64,000 bases of DNA from Promethearchaeota archaeon (GTDB lineage: Archaea; Asgardarchaeota; Lokiarchaeia; Sigyniarchaeales; SOKP01), in the NCBI GenBank assembly GCA_030599585.1, contig JAUVNS010000006.1, positions 1 through 64,000 on the forward strand, in the 5' to 3' direction. Under the pieces are notes generated by a model that saw only the letters and a program-made list of their open reading frames with translations, was not told the DNA's origin and searched no databases. Shown here one piece after another: positions 48,220-57,630 of the stretch. A program made the position numbers and the translations under genes. Within the stretch, counting starts at the first letter, position 1, and each line of letters begins with the position of its first letter.

Positions 48220-49512
48220 CTACCACAATGTCATTGATTCAGTGAAAAGCTGTCTTAGATCTTCAGCACTGGCTGGTCTAGGACTCAATTTAGTTACACG
48301 ATGCTGAGGCAAAGTTCCTTGAACTAATTCCTCTATATCGTTTGAACCATACCCAACAGCTCTTAAACCATTAGGCATCCCTGTGGCTCGCATTAGTTTA
48401 ATAATTTCATTTGCAAGAATTTCACCAGCATCTTTTTTGTCTGAGTCAGATATATCAACACCCATAAGTTGGGCAGTGTACAAGTGTAACTCTGGATTAG
48501 TACTAGCGGTGAAACGAAATACAGCAGGTGAAACAAGTACTACACACATACCGTGTGGAATAATTGGATACTCTGATTTTATTCCTTCAGGTTTGTATTC
48601 TCTTACCATCCCTGACACCGGATAGGACATCCCATGGGCTAAATGAACCCCTGCATTGCCAAAACCTATACCTGCAAAGGTAGATGCTAGGATCATTTCA
48701 GCTCGCGCTTGATCATCGGACGGGTTTTGAACAACACGAACAATGTTTTTCGAAACCATTTCGACCGCCTTGGACGCCCAAAGATGGCTAATCGGATTGG
48801 CACCTTGGTAAGCAGGACGCATCTCAAGGCTTTCAGGAGCAGGTCGTTGATGGTAAGGGAGGGCAGTTATTGATTCCAACGCGTGACAAATAACATCGAA
48901 ACCACAGGAGGCAGCGACTATCTTTGGTACAGTTCGAGTGTTATTTGGATCGATGATTCCTATTAAAGGCCGTAATGCCCGATGTGCAATACCAGTTTTC
49001 GCATGCATTGCTTCTAAATCGAAAATCGCAACTCCAGTTGTTTCACTTCCAGTACCCGCGGTTGTTGGAATTGCTATCATTGGTTTTAAAGGTCCTGGAA
49101 TGGGTTGACCCTTCCCGATTGGAGCGTTGACATAATATAAAAAGTCGGCGGGGTATGTCGAGAATAAATTGGCGATCTTTGCAGTATCCATGCTCGAACC
49201 CCCCCCAATGCCTAGAAAACCATCGAAGTTACCATCAATTGCGAATTTGATCACCTCCTTAAAGGAAGTATCCGTAGGTTCTACTCGTGATCGATCATAC
49301 AAAACAGTTTCTATGTTTACATCTTGTAAAGCTTCAAGTGCAACTGAAACGGGTTCACTATCACTCAAGTTAGGATCTGTAACTACCATAACTCGACTGG
49401 AACCAAGCTTTTTCATGTCATAACCCACCTCACGAGTAACACCAGGACCATATTTGATACTGGATGTAGCCATCGTGAAAGCTGTTTCAAATTTATGTTC
49501 TCGGTTTGTCAT
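48220..49512 (-). CDS. Hydroxyacid-oxoacid transhydrogenase (HOT/ADHFE1-like)
   Basis: VEPTDTSF, YVNAPIGKG, TGSETTG, KTGIAHR, RPAYQGANP, GNAGVHLAHGMSYP, IPHG. Confidence 0.93.
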   Translation of the reverse strand: MTNREHKFETAFTMATSSIKYGPGVTREVGYDMKKLGSSRVMVVTDPNLSDSEPVSVALEALQDVNIETVLYDRSRVEPTDTSFKEVIKFAIDGNFDGFLGIGGGSSMDTAKIANLFSTYPADFLYYVNAPIGKGQPIPGPLKPMIAIPTTAGTGSETTGVAIFDLEAMHAKTGIAHRALRPLIGIIDPNNTRTVPKIVAASCGFDVICHALESITALPYHQRPAPESLEMRPAYQGANPISHLWASKAVEMVSKNIVRVVQNPSDDQARAEMILASTFAGIGFGNAGVHLAHGMSYPVSGMVREYKPEGIKSEYPIIPHGMCVVLVSPAVFRFTASTNPELHLYTAQLMGVDISDSDKKDAGEILANEIIKLMRATGMPNGLRAVGYGSNDIEELVQGTLPQHRVTKLSPRPASAEDLRQLFTESMTLW

Positions 49513-49569
49513 TTCTACAAAACCTTTTTTTTAGTTTTACTTTTATTATTGGTTTTTTTGTTTAACACA

Positions 49570-51048
49570 TTAATCCCACGGAATTTCGGTAGTTCCATGG
49601 AATTTTTCGATCACAACTACTTCTTTGGTATAGAACTTTATTACTTCAGGTCCTTGTGCCCGAAGTGACCCAAAGAAGGAATCTTTTGCTCCAGCAAATG
49701 GAAACCATGCAATAGGTGCCACAATACCAATATTGATACCGATTTGTCCCGCGTTTGAATTATAGCGGAATTCCCGTGCTTCTAACCCATTTTCTGTATA
49801 GATTGTGATTGCATTACCCATAGGATGTGCATTGCTAATTTCAATTGCTTCAGGTAATGTATCTACTCGATCAAGACACACAACAGGACCAAAGATCTCA
49901 TCGTCATATACTTTCATCCCTGGCTTAGCTTTCTCATACACGCAAGGACCTAACCAATAACCTTTAGGATATCCTTCAATTTTTAAATCTCTTCCATCTA
50001 AGATTAATTCTGCTCCTTCATCAACTCCGTCTTGAATTTGCTGAAGTAATGTTGCCAAAGCTTTCTTAGATACGATAGGTCCCATAGCATTTTCCTTATC
50101 CATTCCGTATCCAATTTTTAGCGCATTTGTAGCTTCAAGAAATTTTTTTTTGAAATGGACATAATATTCTTGACTACCCACAACCATTATGACAGATCCT
50201 GCCAAACATCGCTGTCCTGTATTACCAAAACAAGAATTCATCATATTTGGCATGATCGAATCAAGATTGGCTTGTTCAGTAACCACTAAAAAATTATTGG
50301 CACCACCATGACATTGTGCGCGTTTACCTGCATTGGATGCGGTTTTATAAATATGAGAAGCAATAGGGGTTGATCCTACACTTGATACAGCTTTAATTAA
50401 GGGATGTTTAATTAAATAGTCACCTTTAGCTGCATTACAATGGAGGTAGTTGATAACACCTTTTGGAAATCCTGCTTGATCAATATATTCGGTCATTAAT
50501 TGCATAGGAAGGGGTGTTTGTGAGTTGGATTTAATGATAACTGTATTTCCTGTTGCCACAGCAAAGGGTAAAAACCAGAATGGGATCATTGCGGGGAAAT
50601 TGAAAGGTACAATGATTAAAACAACACCTAAAGGTTCAAGAACGGAATATTCGTCAATGCCAGTGCCAATGTTTGACATAAATTGTCCTTTTTGGATTTC
50701 TGGAACAGATAATGCGGCTTCTACCATTTGATATCCTCGAATTACTTCTCCACGGGCAGCAGCCCATTCTTTTCCGTGATTTACAACGACTGCTTCTGTG
50801 ATTTTATCCAGATTTTCAATTAAAAGTTGGTGCAATTTAATTAACGGATGAATTCTTGTTATTCCAGGGGTATCTCGCCAGCCAGGAAATGCTGCTTGAG
50901 CCATAGCTATAGTTTCATCAATTTCTTCATGGGTAGAATTCGGCTTTAAAGCAATTACTTCATCCTTCGCAGGATTCATAATATCGATAAATTGGGTGCT
51001 TTTTGAAGCAACAAATTTCCCATTTATATAATTTTTTAAGATATTCAT
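49570..51048 (-). CDS. mmsA: CoA-acylating (methyl)malonate-semialdehyde dehydrogenase
   Basis: PFNFPAMIPFWF, VGST, GQRCLA, EIFGPV, GINIGIVAP..FPF.G.KDSFFG. Confidence 0.88.
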   Translation of the reverse strand: MNILKNYINGKFVASKSTQFIDIMNPAKDEVIALKPNSTHEEIDETIAMAQAAFPGWRDTPGITRIHPLIKLHQLLIENLDKITEAVVVNHGKEWAAARGEVIRGYQMVEAALSVPEIQKGQFMSNIGTGIDEYSVLEPLGVVLIIVPFNFPAMIPFWFLPFAVATGNTVIIKSNSQTPLPMQLMTEYIDQAGFPKGVINYLHCNAAKGDYLIKHPLIKAVSSVGSTPIASHIYKTASNAGKRAQCHGGANNFLVVTEQANLDSIMPNMMNSCFGNTGQRCLAGSVIMVVGSQEYYVHFKKKFLEATNALKIGYGMDKENAMGPIVSKKALATLLQQIQDGVDEGAELILDGRDLKIEGYPKGYWLGPCVYEKAKPGMKVYDDEIFGPVVCLDRVDTLPEAIEISNAHPMGNAITIYTENGLEAREFRYNSNAGQIGINIGIVAPIAWFPFAGAKDSFFGSLRAQGPEVIKFYTKEVVVIEKFHGTTEIPWD

Positions 51049-51109
51049 GGTTCACATCTAAATTTTAAATTATTTTAAGTTATAAAAGTTTTTATCCATT
51101 TTTTTTTTA

Positions 51110-51123
51110 ATTACTTATGTAAA
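51110..51123. promoter_or_regulatory. WTTAC-N4-GTAAW box (ATTACTTATGTAAA)
   Basis: About 23 nt upstream of minus-strand TTTATAA (51086-51080), before mmsA-HOT. Confidence 0.7.
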
Positions 51124-51467
51124 TTTGTGGTGATATACATTCAACTGAAAAATGCTTAAAACCGAGTTTTAAAAAAAGATTATATACCTATTTGATATTT
51201 CTTTATTAGAAGATTATAAAATTGATACAATGCGAATTAAAATAGGTTATTAAAATTGGTTGGATTTAACCACCAAAAAAATTATTCTATGCCGTAACAA
51301 TGTGGTTTGTATCCACCACCTCCAATAGAATACAAAAAAGCAAGAGGAATTAGTTACATCTATACGAATTTCATACAGTTGATAAAAGAGTTAATTAATA
51401 TTAGACCTATTTTTAATAACAAAGAGAAATTAATCTAATTATAATTTTAATATGAGAAATAGTAATA

Positions 51468-52919
51468 ATGACATTAAAAACTCCAGAAGAGTATTTAAAA
51501 AGTATCCAACGCCCTGTTAATCTCTACATGTTTGGTGAAAAAGTAGAGGAATTTTGGAACCATCCAATAATTAAACCATCGATAAATACCGTTATGAAAA
51601 TCTATGAAATAGCCCAAATGGACGAGTATAAAGATTTAATGACAACAATGTCTCATTTAACTGGTGAGACCATTAATAGATTTACTCATATTCACCAATC
51701 TGTTGACGATTTAATTAAAAAGGTAAAAATGCAGAGGTTATTGGGCCAACAGACAGCGTGTTGTTTCCAAAGGTGCGTAGGTTTTGACACTGCTAACGCT
51801 TTATATAGCATAACCTATGAAATGGATAAAAAAAATGGAACTGATTATCATAACCGCTTCAAAAAGTATTGGACTGAAGTGCAGTCTCAAGATTTAATGG
51901 TGGGCGGTGCTATGACAGATACTAAAGGAGATAGAAGCAAAAGACCTAAAGACCAACCTGACCCAGACGCTTTTTTACATATTATCGAGGAAAATGATGA
52001 CGGAATAATTGTTCGCGGTGCAAAAATCCACCAAACAGGATATTTAAACTCACATAGAGCAATTATTATGCCCACTCTTTCTTTACGATCCGGTGAAGAA
52101 CAGTACGCTGTAAGTTTTGGCGTTAATACGAATGAAAAGGGAATAACACTAATCTATGGAAGACAGTCGTGTGATACTAGAAAAATGGAACCCGGTAAAT
52201 TAGACGTTGGAAACTTCAAGTATGGCGGCCAAGAAATATTTGTAATATTTGATAATGTGTATATACCAAATGATCGAATATTTATGAAGGGAGAAATAGA
52301 GTTTACTGGTAAATTAGTTAATAGGTTTGCTGGTTTCCATCGACAGTCCTATGGGGGATGTAAAGTTGGTGTGGGTGATGTACTTATCGGTGCGTCATCG
52401 TTGATTACTGAATACAATGGAACCGAAAAGGCATCCCATATACGAGATAAACTTGTGGAAATGGTTCATTTAAACGAAACATTATATAGTTGTGGTATTG
52501 CTTGCAGCTCGTTAGGGTTCCAACGGGAAGCAGGAAATTTTGAAATGGATATGCTTTTGGCAAATGTGTGCAAACTAAATGTTACTCGTTTTCCATATGA
52601 AATTGGGCGCCTTGCTGAAGATTTAGCAGGTGGGCTAATCTGTACAATGCCTTCTGAAGCAGATTTTAAATCAGAGGAAATTGGACAGTTGATTGAGAAA
52701 TATCTTAATACAAGTGAAGAAACATGCGCTGAGGATAGATATAAAGTTCTAAGATTTATTGAAAATTTAACGATGGGCTTGGCTTCGGTTAGCTATAGGA
52801 CGGAATCATTACATGGAGCAGGAAGTCCACAAGCGCAAAGAATTATGATTTCTCGTCAAGCAAATCTAGAAGAAAAGAAGAAATTAATAAAAAAAATTCT
52901 CGATATAGATTCAGAATAG
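51468..52919 (+). CDS. abfD: 4-hydroxybutyryl-CoA dehydratase / vinylacetyl-CoA isomerase
   Basis: CFQRCVG, MTD.KGDR, GAKIHQTG, HRQSYGGCK ([4Fe-4S] ligands), ESLHGAGSPQAQ. Confidence 0.95.
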   Translation: MTLKTPEEYLKSIQRPVNLYMFGEKVEEFWNHPIIKPSINTVMKIYEIAQMDEYKDLMTTMSHLTGETINRFTHIHQSVDDLIKKVKMQRLLGQQTACCFQRCVGFDTANALYSITYEMDKKNGTDYHNRFKKYWTEVQSQDLMVGGAMTDTKGDRSKRPKDQPDPDAFLHIIEENDDGIIVRGAKIHQTGYLNSHRAIIMPTLSLRSGEEQYAVSFGVNTNEKGITLIYGRQSCDTRKMEPGKLDVGNFKYGGQEIFVIFDNVYIPNDRIFMKGEIEFTGKLVNRFAGFHRQSYGGCKVGVGDVLIGASSLITEYNGTEKASHIRDKLVEMVHLNETLYSCGIACSSLGFQREAGNFEMDMLLANVCKLNVTRFPYEIGRLAEDLAGGLICTMPSEADFKSEEIGQLIEKYLNTSEETCAEDRYKVLRFIENLTMGLASVSYRTESLHGAGSPQAQRIMISRQANLEEKKKLIKKILDIDSE

Positions 52920-53081
52920 TATTTCCTTACTTTTTTATACTAATGTAATTGTTGCTAAATCAAAACCCTATTTAATAGAACTGTACTCGTGTTTCTATCT
53001 ATATCCTATAATTCTGAATAAAAAGTTTTAAAACCACGAATACATTAAAAAAAAAATAAGTATCAACACTAAACTTAAAAG

Positions 53082-53390
53082 GTGAGTATTTTAGAGCCAA
53101 AAAACGTATTTGATAATCAGAAATTTAAGACAGATGGACCCGCAAAAGATAAAATCTACATTTCAGAAAAGTTTAAGGTGATGCGAGTTTCTTTAAAAAA
53201 AGGTTTAGAAATCGAACCTCATGAAGGATCGCATCCAGCTGTTTTCTTAGTAATGAAAGGAAAGGCAATTTTTCCTACTGCTTCTGGAGAAGTAGAATTG
53301 GGTGAAAACGATTATATTGCATATAGCGAAACTGAACCAAGAGGTATAAAAAGTTTAGAAGACCTGACTGTGTTAGTTATTCGCGACTAA
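53082..53390 (+). CDS. Cupin domain protein
   Basis: LKKGLEIEPH, LVMKG, PRGI; 102 aa; the end overlaps pyrG by 18 nt. Confidence 0.8.
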   Translation: MSILEPKNVFDNQKFKTDGPAKDKIYISEKFKVMRVSLKKGLEIEPHEGSHPAVFLVMKGKAIFPTASGEVELGENDYIAYSETEPRGIKSLEDLTVLVIRD

Positions 53391-55085
53391 TTTACCTTTT
53401 TTTTTTTTATATGTCGTACAAGCTTTGATAAAATCGTAGTAAACCTTAGAAGGTGCGTAGGGTCTGGATTTGAATTCGGGATGAAATTGTGTTCCAATCA
53501 TCCAATGATCTGCTCTGTCTAATTCGATACTATTTATAATTTTTCCAGTTTCGTCCCTGCTTGATACAATCAATCCTTTCTCTTTAGCTTTTTCGTCAAT
53601 GTATCGCTCTTGGATATGATACCTGTGTCTAAACCTCTCGTATATTTCCTTTTGTTGATAAGCATCGTGGAGCTTTGTTTTTTCATTAACAATAATTTTT
53701 TCAGCTCCTAAGCGCATTGTCCCCCCCTTTTCCGTAACATCCTTTTGGCTGGATAAAAGATCCACTACAGGATAAGGAGTATTAGGATCAATTTCCGATG
53801 AATTAGCTCCTTTTAGTCCAAGATATTTTCTACAGAATGCCGCAAAGAATAATTGCGCTCCAAAACAGATTCCCAGAAATGGAACTTTGTTTTCCATTGC
53901 GTATTCCGCAGATTTTATCATACCTTCGATTGCGCGTCCTCCAAAACCAGGTGTCAATAAAATACCGTCACAATCTTTCAACTCTTCGAAAATATTAGTT
54001 TCTTCCGTTATATTAATCATCTTTAATTCAGCTTTATAACCTTGATGAGCCGCAGCGTGATCTATAGCATCATTTATCGATATATATGAATCTGAGATGT
54101 TGAAATATTTACCGGGCATTGCAATCTTCACCCGTTTTTCAGCATTTTTATACATTTCAACCATTTTCAACCATTCGGAATAGTTATTAACCTCACTGTA
54201 TGACACCAGCTTAGCTTTTAAATCAATTAACTCACAAAGAAAATCACCTAGACCTTGTTCCTCAAATAGTAGAGGTAATTCATACACAATTTGTAAATCA
54301 GGATTAGAAATAACTGCGGCTTCTGGAACATTCGAATAAAGGGAAATTTTTGATTTTATATCGTCAGCAAGCGGTTTTTCACTCCTCCCGATTATTATGT
54401 CAGGTTGCAATCCCACACTCTGAAGCATTCTGACAGAATGTTGTGTTGGTTTTGATTTTTGCTGACCAACTGCACGAGAATAAGGGACAAGAGTCACATG
54501 AACTAAGGCAGTATGTTTAGGAAATTCTAATTTAATTTGCCTAAAAGCTTCTAGAAAGATACCTGATTCTAAATCACCAACAGTTCCTCCACATTCGATT
54601 AGTAAGACGTCTAAATTTTCGTTTTTAGATATCTCCATTAACCTTTCTTTAATAATGTTAGTTACATGAGGAATTAATTGTACTGTTTTCCCTAAAAATT
54701 TACCTTTTCTCTCCCTTAAAATTGTAGAAAGATATATTTGGCCAGAAGTAATATTATGTGAAGGATGCATCTCAATACCAAGGAATCTAGAATATGTTCC
54801 GAAATCCTGGTCTATTTCAGAGATTCTATATGTTCTTTCATCTGAACCAGGTACAGGAGTAAAGTCCCATACATCTTCTGTAATAAAACATTCTCCATGT
54901 TCTATTGGATTAAGCGTTCCAGGATCGACATTAAGGTAAGGATCAATCTTCACCACAGAGATATTGAATCCCCGAAATTGGAGTATTTTTCCTATACTTG
55001 CTGTAGCTACACCTTTTCCTACAGCAGACATTACACCTCCAGTAATGAATATAAATCGCGTATTTTCATTATTAGTTTCTGTCAA
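53373..55085 (-). CDS. pyrG: CTP synthase
   Basis: FITGGVMSAVGKG, KIDPYLNVDPGT, GGTVGDLE, KSKPTQHSV, GICFG, RHRY, QFHPEF. Confidence 0.96.
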   Translation of the reverse strand: MTETNNENTRFIFITGGVMSAVGKGVATASIGKILQFRGFNISVVKIDPYLNVDPGTLNPIEHGECFITEDVWDFTPVPGSDERTYRISEIDQDFGTYSRFLGIEMHPSHNITSGQIYLSTILRERKGKFLGKTVQLIPHVTNIIKERLMEISKNENLDVLLIECGGTVGDLESGIFLEAFRQIKLEFPKHTALVHVTLVPYSRAVGQQKSKPTQHSVRMLQSVGLQPDIIIGRSEKPLADDIKSKISLYSNVPEAAVISNPDLQIVYELPLLFEEQGLGDFLCELIDLKAKLVSYSEVNNYSEWLKMVEMYKNAEKRVKIAMPGKYFNISDSYISINDAIDHAAAHQGYKAELKMINITEETNIFEELKDCDGILLTPGFGGRAIEGMIKSAEYAMENKVPFLGICFGAQLFFAAFCRKYLGLKGANSSEIDPNTPYPVVDLLSSQKDVTEKGGTMRLGAEKIIVNEKTKLHDAYQQKEIYERFRHRYHIQERYIDEKAKEKGLIVSSRDETGKIINSIELDRADHWMIGTQFHPEFKSRPYAPSKVYYDFIKACTTYKKKKGKLVANN

Positions 55086-55293
55086 TTTTATATTACACTT
55101 CTCTGATAGAATAAAAAATAATTATATTTTAATTATAAAAATAGTAAATATCAAACACATTTAATAAGAATTTCGAGAGTACCTCAAAAGTAGATGTTAA
55201 AATAAATATATTAGGTTATCAACAGACTTTTGACGACCTTTATACAATTTCTCAATATAGATATTAATTTGGTTATAAATATTAGAATTAAAC

Positions 55294-56037
55294 ATGTATG
55301 CAACTTTTGAAATAGATCCCAAGAAACATAAATCAGAATTAAAAAGTATAAAAAAACTATATAAAAACAGTTTTCCTCTAGAAGAAAGGGAACCGTGGTA
55401 TTTATTAAAACATGGGCTTAAAATAGTTGGTATAAGTAAAATACCTTATAACAAAACCTATACAACAATGTTAGGAATAAAGAATGTCGGGGATCCTTCA
55501 AAAGTCTTAGGTTTTGCTATTATTGTTTATATTATACCATCTAATTTCTGTTTTGGAAACTATATCGCAATTGAACCAGAATATAGGAATAAAGGTTTAG
55601 GGTCGATATTTGTGAATGAAATTAAAAAATATTTTATAGAATTGGCTAAAAAATTTGATGCTGAAAAACCAATTGGCTTTTTCTACGAAATTGATAAGCA
55701 TGATTTATGTAGATATGGTATTAAGGACAGAGAACAAATATTTGCTAGATATCGTTTTTATAATAGACTTAACCAAAAAAAGATAGATGTACCTTATTTC
55801 CAGCCTGCTTTGAGGTCATGGCTTCCAAAAGTACCAATGTATTTGATGTTTGGTCCCATTGAAGAGAGGAAATTCTTTTCAAAAGAAGAAATATTAAGGA
55901 TTTATGCGAATATTTACGCGGTAATTTATCATAAAAGCGAAAGGAGTTTAAAAAAATTGTTTAGAAGATTAAATGTAGTTGATTTACCAAACAGAATAGA
56001 TTTGCTTTCATTAGATTCAATTGTTCAATTAAAATAA
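55294..56037 (+). CDS. GNAT family N-acetyltransferase
   Basis: SFPLEERE, YIAIEPEYRNKGLGS, RFY..L, YFQP. Confidence 0.85.
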   Translation: MYATFEIDPKKHKSELKSIKKLYKNSFPLEEREPWYLLKHGLKIVGISKIPYNKTYTTMLGIKNVGDPSKVLGFAIIVYIIPSNFCFGNYIAIEPEYRNKGLGSIFVNEIKKYFIELAKKFDAEKPIGFFYEIDKHDLCRYGIKDREQIFARYRFYNRLNQKKIDVPYFQPALRSWLPKVPMYLMFGPIEERKFFSKEEILRIYANIYAVIYHKSERSLKKLFRRLNVVDLPNRIDLLSLDSIVQLK

Positions 56038-56066
56038 TATACCATAGATATATTCAGGATTCCTGC

Positions 56067-57587
56067 TTAGGTTATAAATAGACTTTTTGATGAAAAGTTT
56101 GGATCAGAGGTTATATTAAGACCTAAGCGTCTCAAACCAGCTTCATCTCCTGGAGTAGGTATGTGAGTTGAGTGCATTTCACATCCACTTAATTCTTTAA
56201 GTTTATCTATGGCTACCTTAGCAGAATGGTTGAAATCAGCACTAATGCTTAAAGTTATTAGAGTTTCTTCAAGATTTAGACTCAATCGTTTGTTATTGAA
56301 AATTTCCGATTTTAAATAACTAATAGATTCCAAAATATTGGGAGATAGAAGATGAATATTTTTAGGAATTCCTGCCAATATTTTAATCGTATTTAGAATC
56401 AAACTTGAAGCTGCATGCAGTAAAGGAGAATTACTACCAGTAATAATTTTTCCATCAGCCAATTGTAAAGCAGCTCCAGCAAATACACCCTCGTTCCCCT
56501 TCCCTTTATTTTCAGCGGCTATGGAAGCTTGTCGAGCCTCGTGAACAACTTTTCGATCGAGCACAGTAAGATTCAGTTCTTTCATTAACAACTCCGCTCT
56601 TTGTACAGTCTTCCTATCTGAAACTCCCATCACATATTCACAACTATATCTTAAATATCTTCGGATGAGTTCTTGTTTTGCGGCTTGTTGCACTATATCA
56701 TCATTGATTATAGCAAAACCTGCTCTGTTAACGCCCATATCTGTAGGTGATTTATAGACTAATCTGCTATCCATAATTCTTTGCATTATTTTCTTAACCA
56801 CTGGAAAAACCTCTACATCTCTATTATAGTTAACTGCCTTTATATTATAGGCTTCAAGATGAAAAGGATCTACTTGATTAAAATCACCAAGGTCAGCAGT
56901 TGCAGATTCATACGCCATATTTACGGGATGTTTTAACGGTAAATTCCAAATTGGAAACGTTTCAAATTTAGCATAACCCGCATCGATCCCCTTTGTATGG
57001 TCGTGATATATTTGGGAAAGACAAGTTGCGAGTTTTCCACTACCGGGACCGGGAGCCGCAACGATTATTATAGGTTTGGAAGTCTCGATGTAAGGATTAA
57101 TACCATACCCTTCTTCACTTATGATTCTCTCGATGTTAGTTGGATATCCCCTAATCAACTTATGTGTGTAAACCTGAATATCACGGCGCTCTAGTTTATT
57201 CATGAATTGTTTTACTACTTGTTGTCCATTGTAGCGTGTAACTACCACCCCACTTACATTAATTTCTCCATCTCGAAGATCATCGATTAATTTCATTGCA
57301 TTTATGTCATAAGTTATGCCAAAATCTGCTCGGATCTTTCTTCTTTCTATATCTCCGGAGTATATACAAATAATAACCTCAATTTTATCCTTAAGCACCT
57401 TTAGAAGCTTCATTTTCACATTTGGATCGAATCCCGGGAGAACTCGCGAAGCGTGATAATCATATACAAGCTTTCCGCCAAATTCAAGGTACAATTTATT
57501 ACCGAATTGACCTGCTCGATCTAGGATGCTCTTTGATTGTTCTTTTAAATATTTCTCGTTGTCAAATCCAATTTTTTGATCTGTCAT
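56067..57587 (-). CDS. DUF1846 (UPF0371) protein
   Basis: GFDNEKYL, LYLEFGGKL, HASRVLPGF, GPGSGKLATC, GYAKFETFPIWN, SPTDMGVN. Confidence 0.9.
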   Translation of the reverse strand: MTDQKIGFDNEKYLKEQSKSILDRAGQFGNKLYLEFGGKLVYDYHASRVLPGFDPNVKMKLLKVLKDKIEVIICIYSGDIERRKIRADFGITYDINAMKLIDDLRDGEINVSGVVVTRYNGQQVVKQFMNKLERRDIQVYTHKLIRGYPTNIERIISEEGYGINPYIETSKPIIIVAAPGPGSGKLATCLSQIYHDHTKGIDAGYAKFETFPIWNLPLKHPVNMAYESATADLGDFNQVDPFHLEAYNIKAVNYNRDVEVFPVVKKIMQRIMDSRLVYKSPTDMGVNRAGFAIINDDIVQQAAKQELIRRYLRYSCEYVMGVSDRKTVQRAELLMKELNLTVLDRKVVHEARQASIAAENKGKGNEGVFAGAALQLADGKIITGSNSPLLHAASSLILNTIKILAGIPKNIHLLSPNILESISYLKSEIFNNKRLSLNLEETLITLSISADFNHSAKVAIDKLKELSGCEMHSTHIPTPGDEAGLRRLGLNITSDPNFSSKSLFIT

Positions 57588-57630
57588 TTTATTTAGAATT
57601 AGCCTTGTTTTGTAGTGATATTAATTAAAT

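Noticed and set aside
51282-51353. Minus-strand peptide LIPLAFLYSIGGGGYKPHC resembling the HDAC GGGGY motif
   Set aside because: Bounded by stops, only ~24 codons, with no other supporting motif.
51468-52919. abfD as evidence for autotrophic 3HP/4HB or DC/4HB carbon fixation
   Set aside because: No carboxylases or succinyl-CoA reductase are in the window, and the context is catabolic.
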